From positions 1 to 58,113 of the forward strand of contig JBMFOP010000004.1 in assembly GCA_049969675.1 (NCBI GenBank): a stretch of DNA of 58,113 nt, written 5' to 3'. Source of the stretch: Myxococcota bacterium. GTDB taxonomy: Bacteria > Myxococcota > SpSt-1050. Within the stretch, counting starts at the first letter, position 1; the number at the start of each line of letters is the position of its first letter. A program made the position numbers and the translations under genes. The notes under the pieces were generated by a model, which was given only the letters and a program-made list of their open reading frames with translations, had not been told where the DNA came from and ran no database searches. Shown one piece after another: positions 18,394 through 26,417 of the stretch.

Positions 18394-18851
18394 ATGGCTT
18401 TATTGCGATATTAAAAGGTCTGAAAGTCACATTCAGCCACTTTATTTCTAATATCCTTTTTGGCAAGAAAGGTAATATAGTAACCGTTGAATATCCAGAT
18501 GAGAGGCTCAAATACGGGCCCAATTTCAGAGGTGTGCATAGGTTATTATTGAGAGAGGATGGTACCCCAAGATGCGTTGCCTGTTATATGTGTCAGACAA
18601 TCTGTCCGGCGCTCTGTATCAAGATTACTGCCACAGAGAGACCGGGTGGCCATCCAATGGAAAAGATGCCGGCCGAATTTATCATAAATGAACTTAGATG
18701 TGTGGTATGTGGACTATGTGTGGAGGCCTGTCCTGAAGATGCGATTCGTATGGATTCGGGTATTCATATGCCCCCATATACAGAAAGGGAAAAATTTATA
18801 CTCAATTCAAAGATATTGCACTCCATCAAAGGATATCAGGATAGAAGATGA
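18390..18851 (+). CDS. nuoI: NADH-quinone oxidoreductase subunit I
   Basis: Two 4Fe-4S ferredoxin motifs (CVACYMCQTICP and CVVCGLCVEACP). ATG at 18390 overlaps the nuoH stop (ATGA). Confidence 0.93.
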   Translation: MNGFIAILKGLKVTFSHFISNILFGKKGNIVTVEYPDERLKYGPNFRGVHRLLLREDGTPRCVACYMCQTICPALCIKITATERPGGHPMEKMPAEFIINELRCVVCGLCVEACPEDAIRMDSGIHMPPYTEREKFILNSKILHSIKGYQDRR

Positions 18852-19915
18852 AGAGGTATCTCTTTGTTCTGCTCGCTGTGGTGATATCTGTCTTATTGGT
18901 GACATTCCTGATTAAACGAGGGGGAGAGAGAGGGAGTGAGCAGGGAGATTTCAGTGAGAAGTTAGATTACAAAAGGCAGTTAGATCCAGAAGTTTCAATG
19001 GATAAGGAGAGGATTGAGCGGCTCAATCTCGCCCTAAAGAATATTAAGAAACTACCTTTTGATATAACACAGCATAAAAAAGGCAATAAGACAGAAGAGG
19101 AGAGTGGATTGCTCATCGGATTGGTAGTTGATGACGAGAGGAATCCTCTAAAAGGCTGTATAGTAACATTAAAGGGAGATGGGCAGCCTTTTACCTCCGC
19201 CAGAAGGTCTGATATAAGTGGTAAATTTTTCTTTGATAAGATATCGGTCGGGGAGTACAGGGTAGATGTTCAGTGTAGTGAAGGGAGGGCAGAGCGGAGT
19301 GGTATCAGGGTTGAAAAGGATAAGATATCAAATATAGAGATAGTCCTTTCAAAGACTGAAAAAGGGATGGTCTCTACAGTCTATGGCAATGTCATTGATT
19401 TTACAACAAGGAATCCCGTTGAGGGGGCGATGATATATTTCAGTGGAAAGGAAGAGAGGAGCTCTCAGGTTCCCACCGATACTCTCGGGAGATTTACACT
19501 CAGTATCAATGGGTCTCAAAAGGGGAATATCATTATTGAAAAGGAAGGGTATGTAAAAAAGGTAATTGATCTTGATATAAAAGAGAGGGAGATCAATCTG
19601 AATAATATAACTATTGTCAAAGGCAATATAAAAGACGATGGCCGAAAATATCAGGGGATAGGTGCTGCACTTATAGAGAAGAATGGGGAATTCGTGGTGA
19701 CTCAGGTCTTTGAAAATACCCCTGCGGCGAATGCCGGACTCCAGAAAGATGACAGGATATATCAGATAAATGGAAATGATATTAGTTCTCTCAGGCTCGA
19801 TGAGGTAATAGCACTTATTAGAGGGGATGAACGGACTAATGTAATTCTTACAATTAAGCGCGGGGATGAGATAAAAAATATCCAGATTGTAAGAGAGACG
19901 ATTGAGATTAAGTAG
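18848..19915 (+). CDS. Membrane-anchored protein with two CarboxypepD_reg-like beta domains and a C-terminal PDZ domain
   Basis: N-terminal TM helix. Two units of the type GLVVDDERNPLKGCIVTL and YGNVIDFTTRNPVEGAMIYF. PDZ signature GIGAAL...VTQVFENTPAANAGLQKDDRIYQINGNDI. The start overlaps the nuoI stop (ATGA). Confidence 0.7.
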   Translation: MKRYLFVLLAVVISVLLVTFLIKRGGERGSEQGDFSEKLDYKRQLDPEVSMDKERIERLNLALKNIKKLPFDITQHKKGNKTEEESGLLIGLVVDDERNPLKGCIVTLKGDGQPFTSARRSDISGKFFFDKISVGEYRVDVQCSEGRAERSGIRVEKDKISNIEIVLSKTEKGMVSTVYGNVIDFTTRNPVEGAMIYFSGKEERSSQVPTDTLGRFTLSINGSQKGNIIIEKEGYVKKVIDLDIKEREINLNNITIVKGNIKDDGRKYQGIGAALIEKNGEFVVTQVFENTPAANAGLQKDDRIYQINGNDISSLRLDEVIALIRGDERTNVILTIKRGDEIKNIQIVRETIEIK

Positions 19916-19998
19916 TCCATATTCCATAGTTCATATACCACAGACACCAGTCAACTAATAGAAATAGGAAGTATAAGATGGGAATGGTCCAGAAGATT

Positions 19999-21660
19999 TT
20001 ATTCTACAATCGTGCAACCGCAACCAGAGGATTCCTCTTCTTTTATTTTACCTGAGTCTAAAGAAATTATATCCCTAATAATTACACCTGTATCGGCAAT
20101 TGCATCTCTATTCTCCTGAACATCGTAAGAGAGTATGTCCTCGGTTGCATCTGTTGTATCTGCCTCAATTGTATCTATTATGGCATCCTCAGAGATTGTA
20201 TCTAACTCAGTTGTATCGGATGTATTTGCGTCCTCCTCTTCAAGGATGGTGATATTTATACTTGCTGTCCCTATTCTCTTCTGATTCTCGTCGTAACCAT
20301 CGGCAATTATCTTTCTGTTGCCAATTACATTGAATTTATATGTCACTTCATAGTTTGAAGTTTTATCTGAAGAGGTAGCAAATTTATATATGTCGGCTGT
20401 GTAAATTATGGTCTTTACTGACTCAGGTGCCTCTACCCTGAAAGTGACAGGGTTGTGAACAGTTGCATTGTCTGCTGGACTCAAAAATTTTATGTTTACA
20501 CAATCTACATCGCAACTTGTGAAGTTTTCATCTCCATTGCATTCTCCATCTCCACAGGTTGGTGCAGGTTTGACCTTAATTGAAATCGTTTGAGCACCAA
20601 CTCTCTTACCATTGCTATTAATCCCCTCTGCGAGAATCTTCCTTAAGCCGAGTGTATTAAAGGTATATTCAACGGCAAAATTGGTCCCAGGTTTTGTAGA
20701 TGTCCCAAAGAGATATCCATCGGCATAATAATTTATCTTAATTATATTTGCATCAGCCTCAACCTTAAATAATACTGGATTTAACACCTCATCCCCATCC
20801 GATGGGGTAATAAAGTTAATCATCAGACAATCTGATGGGCAGGTTGTATAACTCTCATCCCCTCCACAATATCCATCACCACATACATCTTCATAAAGGT
20901 ATGTAAGTTTTCTCAGGTCATCAAGAGTTCCATCAAATATATCTCTATCTACATTTCCACTGATTCCGGAGACTGTTCCACTACTTGTCCACTGCCAGAA
21001 TGTCCATTTTGTCCATGGGTCGGGTGTGATTGGACAGAAGGATGTATCCTGATAATCGTGGTACCATGGTAGCCAGAGTAGATATTCTCCAAATGCGGTG
21101 CTCTTTACATTGTCCTTCCAGAAGTAGTATCCTGAATAGATTATTGGTTTTACCCCGAGAGCGCTCTCAATATGATTTATCCACTTTCCAACCTGATTTG
21201 CTACTTCTGTAGGGGAGAGATTCCCTGTGTTTTCCACATCTATTACTGGAGGCAGATCACCCTTTTCAAGCGGTCCCATCTTATCCAGTAATAGTTGAGC
21301 CTGCTGAACCGCATCCAGATTCGGTCTGAAGAATTGATATGCACCTCTTATAATTCCGGCATTCTTTGCGCCAGACCAGTTCTGTGCAAACTTGCTATCA
21401 ATGTAATTAAGCCCGTCACTTACTCTAATGAATGCATATTTGTGCCCTTCCGCTGCTACCTTATACCAGTCAATATTCCCCTGATAATAAGAGACATCTA
21501 TCCCGTGGACAATCTTATTCCTGTCTGTAATACAGGATTTGACCTCAAATGGGAGTTGACTATGGAGCCTATCTTCCGGGGGCTCTCCCTCACAGGAATT
21601 AAATATTATCAATATAAAAGCAAATAAAAGGGGAAGAAAATAATATCTCTCTGGTTTCAT
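19999..21660 (-). CDS. GH25 family muramidase (lysozyme) lipoprotein with two tandem ~105-aa C-terminal repeats
   Basis: Lipobox FNSC. GH25 motifs HGIDVSYYQGNIDW, FIRVSDG, GAYQFF, PPVIDVE. Two repeats each start CGDG.C.GDE....C..DC. The C-terminus is acidic. ATG at 21660 has AAGAGG upstream. Confidence 0.85.
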   Translation of the reverse strand: MKPERYYFLPLLFAFILIIFNSCEGEPPEDRLHSQLPFEVKSCITDRNKIVHGIDVSYYQGNIDWYKVAAEGHKYAFIRVSDGLNYIDSKFAQNWSGAKNAGIIRGAYQFFRPNLDAVQQAQLLLDKMGPLEKGDLPPVIDVENTGNLSPTEVANQVGKWINHIESALGVKPIIYSGYYFWKDNVKSTAFGEYLLWLPWYHDYQDTSFCPITPDPWTKWTFWQWTSSGTVSGISGNVDRDIFDGTLDDLRKLTYLYEDVCGDGYCGGDESYTTCPSDCLMINFITPSDGDEVLNPVLFKVEADANIIKINYYADGYLFGTSTKPGTNFAVEYTFNTLGLRKILAEGINSNGKRVGAQTISIKVKPAPTCGDGECNGDENFTSCDVDCVNIKFLSPADNATVHNPVTFRVEAPESVKTIIYTADIYKFATSSDKTSNYEVTYKFNVIGNRKIIADGYDENQKRIGTASINITILEEEDANTSDTTELDTISEDAIIDTIEADTTDATEDILSYDVQENRDAIADTGVIIRDIISLDSGKIKEEESSGCGCTIVE

Positions 21661-21809
21661 AAACACCTCTTAAAAATACAAGATATACTATATCCTTTCT
21701 AATACTGTGATGTCAATCAGAAATCATTTGAAAAAAATTTGAGGCATAACCAGTATTGGGTATCATTTATTAGCCGGGTGTAATTTCAAAACAGAATTGC
21801 AACTATTTT

Positions 21810-21838
21810 TTGACAATGATGTAAATAATGTATAAAAT
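21810..21838 (+). promoter_or_regulatory. Sigma70-type promoter for the Cys-rich protein gene
   Basis: TTGACA (21810-21815), 17-nt spacer, TAAAAT (21833-21838). GGAGG at 21850-21854 lies 6 nt before the ATG at 21861. Confidence 0.6.
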
Positions 21839-21860
21839 GATTTAATTATGGAGGTGTGTG

Positions 21861-24263
21861 ATGAAAAGAAACTGTTTTGGAATTTTAATTTTTAGTATGT
21901 TTCTCTTCTTATATTCCTGTACTGTCTCCATTGATGGGGCGCCCTGTGACCCCAAACTAAATAACTGTCCATCCGGACAATACTGTTCAGCCGAAGGGAT
22001 ATGTAAGCGAGGAAATCCAGAGATAAGGGATATAAATACCTCTGATAATTCAATCTCAGATGCAGAGACCGTTAGGGATATTGTGGATGATGCCATTGAT
22101 ACTTCGGATGTTTTGATTGAGCCAGATGGCGACATTATATCTATTGATGTAGAAGATGCGGCTCCAGATGTTATTCCGGATGCTATTTGTATTGATGAGT
22201 GTCAGGTAGATAAATGTAAAGATAATAATATATTGTTGGTATGCAAAGATTGGGATGGGGATGGATGTAAAGAATACAGAGAAGTAGGATGTGGACAGAA
22301 TTCATTCTGCTCAAATAATATCTGCCTCTGTCAGACTCCATATAAGGATTGCAACAACGATATGAGTGATGGTTGTGAGACCAATTCAGATACAGACAAT
22401 CAACATTGTGGCTTCTGTTCAAATGACTGTGGAGCAAACTCTCTGTGCAATAGTGGGAATTGTGGTTGTATTGATGGATATAAGAATTGTAATGGCAGAT
22501 GGTCTGACGGATGTGAGGTTGATTTAAATAATGATCCTGAAAATTGTGGTGAGTGTGGCAGGGATTGTGGTGTGAATACTATCTGTGATAGTAAGGTCTG
22601 TAAGTGTAGGGCTGGATATGGGGATTGTCAGCCTCAAGAGTTGGGTTGTGAGACAGATTTTAATTCACCAGCCTCCTGTGGAGTGGATTGTTTGAATCTC
22701 ACCAATTGTGGACAGAATTCTATATGTAATAATGGATTCTGTGGATGTAAAGAGGGCTATGCCAACTGTCTGAATGGCTGGACAGATGGTTGTGAGGTGC
22801 ATATCTATTATGATTTAAATAACTGTGGTGAGTGTAATAAAAAGTGTACGCCTCAACATGTATTTAATCCTTTATGCAATAAGGGGAATTGTGAGTATGA
22901 TTTATGCAGACAGTATTACTATGATAAAGATGGGAATAAAGAGAATGGGTGTGAGTACTGGAGCAACTTCCCGAAGAGATATAATCTACCTTCAGAGGGA
23001 TCCACCCCTTCTGTGGTAATCAGACATATAAATGGATATATAATAGCGGCAAATTCTGATTATGGGATATGGGTATTTAATATAGATAATAACGGAGAGA
23101 TCCTGTGGCAAAAATATATTCAACTCTATGGTAATGCGGTGATAAAAAGTGGAGTGAGAGTTGTGGATACTAATGGTGCCCTTACAGGCTATGCATTTGC
23201 TGGAAATATAACAAATGGAAATAGGACAGATATATTTGTATTTGTAATAAAAACAGATGGGAGCAGTGTCTCTGGTAAGGCTTTTTACAGAAGTGCTTCT
23301 CTGGATAGTTTTGATGTAATGAAGATAGGTTATAATAACATTAGTTCAAAATATATTATTGCAGGGGCATTTAATCAACAACCGGCGATTCTTGTGTTGA
23401 ACTCTGATTTGACATTGAACAAAGCGAATTTCTATCAACAGAAGAATCTACCAATATATGGAAGGTTTAATTCATTTGATTTTGATGGTGGCGGATTATC
23501 TCTGACAGGTGAGATGAGATATCAGAATCAGGATATGCAATCGCTATTGGTATTGATGTCCGGGGATGGAGATATTGATAAGCAGAATTATTTTGGAGTA
23601 GCGAACATCTCTTATTATGGGCTTGATATAAACAGGATAAATAATACTCTGGTAATTATTGGAAGGGCAGTTGACCAATCTCAAATGTCTTCCGGCCTTT
23701 TAGAGATATTCGATTTATCTACAGATAAATATCAATCAGTCTCGCTCATTAATCTGGTGGATGGAAGCTCTAATAAATTGTTTACAGAATTTGTAAGGAT
23801 TTACGGGATTCCGAATATTGCAGATACGATAATAATAGGTGGAAGTATAAAATTTGCTGATGGTGATACTGATATGATAATGGCAAAAATGACTTCAACC
23901 GGAGGTGGTTTAAGTCAGGTCGCAATAGGTGGAGATAAGGTTGAATTTATAACAGACTTTACAGTTGAGAATGCCTCTGCATTAATTGTTGGTCCAACAA
24001 AATCTTATTTAAATTATAATGAGGTGATGGCAGTAAAGCTCAATCTGAGCGATCTTACCATCCCTGATGCGGTCTGCAATAAATCATTTATTCGTAGCTA
24101 TTTTAGTAAGACGACTCCTATTGCAATTCCTTCTGATATTCCGGTTCCCAAACTTGAGAAGAATGATATAAACAATGTCTCTCAAGAAGATATTATTTTT
24201 AAGAAATTTGATAATATAAATGGAGGGACGAATAATATCTGCTCTCCTATTGTGGGACCATAG
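21861..24263 (+). CDS. Secreted Cys-rich repeat protein with a C-terminal beta-rich (propeller-like) region
   Basis: Signal peptide with LYSC lipobox. About 5 modules of the type C.NG.SDGCE.....D..NCG.CG..C. The C-terminal ~430 aa lacks Cys and is rich in beta-strand-like G/N/I repeats. Confidence 0.7.
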   Translation: MKRNCFGILIFSMFLFLYSCTVSIDGAPCDPKLNNCPSGQYCSAEGICKRGNPEIRDINTSDNSISDAETVRDIVDDAIDTSDVLIEPDGDIISIDVEDAAPDVIPDAICIDECQVDKCKDNNILLVCKDWDGDGCKEYREVGCGQNSFCSNNICLCQTPYKDCNNDMSDGCETNSDTDNQHCGFCSNDCGANSLCNSGNCGCIDGYKNCNGRWSDGCEVDLNNDPENCGECGRDCGVNTICDSKVCKCRAGYGDCQPQELGCETDFNSPASCGVDCLNLTNCGQNSICNNGFCGCKEGYANCLNGWTDGCEVHIYYDLNNCGECNKKCTPQHVFNPLCNKGNCEYDLCRQYYYDKDGNKENGCEYWSNFPKRYNLPSEGSTPSVVIRHINGYIIAANSDYGIWVFNIDNNGEILWQKYIQLYGNAVIKSGVRVVDTNGALTGYAFAGNITNGNRTDIFVFVIKTDGSSVSGKAFYRSASLDSFDVMKIGYNNISSKYIIAGAFNQQPAILVLNSDLTLNKANFYQQKNLPIYGRFNSFDFDGGGLSLTGEMRYQNQDMQSLLVLMSGDGDIDKQNYFGVANISYYGLDINRINNTLVIIGRAVDQSQMSSGLLEIFDLSTDKYQSVSLINLVDGSSNKLFTEFVRIYGIPNIADTIIIGGSIKFADGDTDMIMAKMTSTGGGLSQVAIGGDKVEFITDFTVENASALIVGPTKSYLNYNEVMAVKLNLSDLTIPDAVCNKSFIRSYFSKTTPIAIPSDIPVPKLEKNDINNVSQEDIIFKKFDNINGGTNNICSPIVGP

Positions 24264-24337
24264 TCAAATCTCGCTTACTCAAATAGTGATTTAATATTTG
24301 CAATTAAGGTATCTTATGCTAAAGATAAATATTTATT

Positions 24338-24865
24338 ATGGGAGATATAAAGATTCCAGATAAAGTCTGTCTTATTGTGAGTATTTTGTATAGTGATGAA
24401 AAGATTCTGTATGAGGCATTAAATGCCTTAAATTCAGAGTTATGCAGTGGGTTTTTGTTAGACTATATTGGCAGGTTTGATTTTACCCATTATTATGATG
24501 AGGAGATTGGCACTCCCATCTTCAGGAGATTCTGGAGGGCTGAAAAACTCTTCCCGAGGGATAGTCTATCAGACATCAAGAATAAGACTAATGATATAGA
24601 GAAGAGATTCATAGTTAATAATAAGCGTCGCTTTAATCTGGACCCGGGTCTTTTATCCGCAGAGAATTTTATACTTGCCACCACAAAGAATTATACTCAC
24701 AGGATCTATCTTAAAGATGGAATCTATGCAGACCTCACATTGATATATAAAGATAAGGAGTTTAAGCCACTTGAATGGACTTATCCAGATTATGCATCCA
24801 TTGAGATAAGGGAATTATTAAGGAATGAACGTAGTAAATATTTACTTAAATTGAGAGGTAGCTAG
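24338..24865 (+). CDS. Conserved hypothetical protein (DUF4416-like)
   Basis: 175 aa with motifs FNLDPGLL, ILATTKNYTHRIYL and WTYPDY, as I recall them for DUF4416. Lies 2 nt upstream of yicC. Confidence 0.5.
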   Translation: MGDIKIPDKVCLIVSILYSDEKILYEALNALNSELCSGFLLDYIGRFDFTHYYDEEIGTPIFRRFWRAEKLFPRDSLSDIKNKTNDIEKRFIVNNKRRFNLDPGLLSAENFILATTKNYTHRIYLKDGIYADLTLIYKDKEFKPLEWTYPDYASIEIRELLRNERSKYLLKLRGS

Positions 24866-24867
24866 AG

Positions 24868-25737
24868 ATGCCGGTTATGAGTATGACAGGATATGGCTCT
24901 GAGATTACAAAAGATGGATATATGGTTGAGATTCGTTCACTAAATAGTAGATATCTGGATATAAATATAAAAATGCCTCAGGAACTCTATCCCTATGAAA
25001 GTGACTTCAGAAAGATTATTAAAGACCATTTTTTGCGAGGGAACATTGAGGTAAATATTTCAAGAAGACAGATAGAGAATCCGGCCATTGTCCCCAAATT
25101 GAATCGTCCTTACGCAATCCATTATATTAACATACTCAAAGAGATATCTTCTCTGAGTGGTGGTGGGAGTATAGATTATTCATCGCTTTTACAGATAAAA
25201 GATATTATTTATACAGATGTAGATGAGTCCGGGATGAAAGGTATAATAGCAAATATTGCTGAGTCAATTGAAAAAGTCTGCATTATGGTGCTGAATATGC
25301 GTAAGGTTGAGGGGGAATCACTTTTACATTCGCTTCTGGACGGTGTAAAAGCCCTGAGAAGGGTTTGTGAGCAGATAAGTGAATATTCTGATAGACAGCT
25401 TGAACTTACAAGGGAGAATCTCAAAAAGAAGATAAATGATTTGATTTCTGATTCCTCATTTGATAGAAACAGATTTGAGGAGGAGATCCTTTATTATGTA
25501 AACAGAATGGATATCTCTGAGGAGATTGAAAGGTTGTTGAGCCATATGAGCCAGTTTGAGGATCTATTAAATGGGAATGGCGAGGTAGGTAGAAGATTAG
25601 ATTTCCTCTGTCAGGAGGTTCTGAGGGAGTTAAATACGATAGGCTCAAAGGCTACAATCATAGGGGTAAAGAGGCTTGTCATATCTGGCAAAGATATTAT
25701 TGAGAAGTTGCGAGAACAGGTACAGAATATCGAATAG
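24868..25737 (+). CDS. yicC: YicC/YloC family stress-induced protein (endoribonuclease family)
   Basis: SMTGYG N-terminus. C-terminal DISEEIERLLSH and GRRLDFLCQEVLRELNTIGSKA. Confidence 0.9.
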   Translation: MPVMSMTGYGSEITKDGYMVEIRSLNSRYLDINIKMPQELYPYESDFRKIIKDHFLRGNIEVNISRRQIENPAIVPKLNRPYAIHYINILKEISSLSGGGSIDYSSLLQIKDIIYTDVDESGMKGIIANIAESIEKVCIMVLNMRKVEGESLLHSLLDGVKALRRVCEQISEYSDRQLELTRENLKKKINDLISDSSFDRNRFEEEILYYVNRMDISEEIERLLSHMSQFEDLLNGNGEVGRRLDFLCQEVLRELNTIGSKATIIGVKRLVISGKDIIEKLREQVQNIE

Positions 25738-25793
25738 GCATTTATGTCGGGATATTGTTTTAGATTTTTGATATATAGGAGAATTGACATATT

Positions 25794-26417
25794 ATGAAAT
25801 CTGATAAAAAGGGCATATTGGTTGTTCTATCTGCGGTATCTGGTGCAGGGAAGACAACTGTTACCAATCTTCTCTTAAAGAGAGATAGTAATTTTGTAAG
25901 GTCTATCTCTTTTACAACTCGAAAGAGACATAACAATGAGAGAGATGGGGTGGATTATTTCTTCGTTGACCAGAAGGAATTTGATGAGATGATCAAGAAT
26001 GAGATGTTCCTTGAATATCAGATTGTGCATTCACACTATTATGGTACACCAAAAAGATATGTCTTTGACAGACTTAAAAATGGAAAGAATGTAATGCTTG
26101 TAATAGATACAAAAGGTGGATTAAATATTAAGAGGATGTTCCCTGATGCTGTCCTTATTTTCCTGTTGCCACCCTCATTAAAGGAGCTAATGAATAGACT
26201 GAAGATCAGGGGGAGGGAATCTGCTGAGGAGAGAGAGAAGAGAATACAGAACGGTAAGGAGGAGCTGAGAGATGCACTCAATTACGACTATATTGTAGTC
26301 AATAATAAAGTGGAGGATGCGGTTGAGGATATCCGTGCTATTGTCAGGGCAAATAGACTGAGTGTAAATAGGAATAAAGAGAAGATTATCAGGATAATGA
26401 AGGAGTATGATTTATGA
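25794..26417 (+). CDS. gmk: Guanylate kinase
   Basis: P-loop SAVSGAGKTT. Motifs SFTTRK.R..E.DGVDYFFV and YYGTP. Confidence 0.94.
   Translation: MKSDKKGILVVLSAVSGAGKTTVTNLLLKRDSNFVRSISFTTRKRHNNERDGVDYFFVDQKEFDEMIKNEMFLEYQIVHSHYYGTPKRYVFDRLKNGKNVMLVIDTKGGLNIKRMFPDAVLIFLLPPSLKELMNRLKIRGRESAEEREKRIQNGKEELRDALNYDYIVVNNKVEDAVEDIRAIVRANRLSVNRNKEKIIRIMKEYDL

Noticed and set aside
19999-20040. C-terminal GCGCTIVE of the GH25 protein as a MYXO-CTERM-like sorting tag
   Set aside because: Cys-containing C-terminal sorting signals are followed by a TM helix and a basic tail. Here the protein ends 5 residues after the Cys pair.
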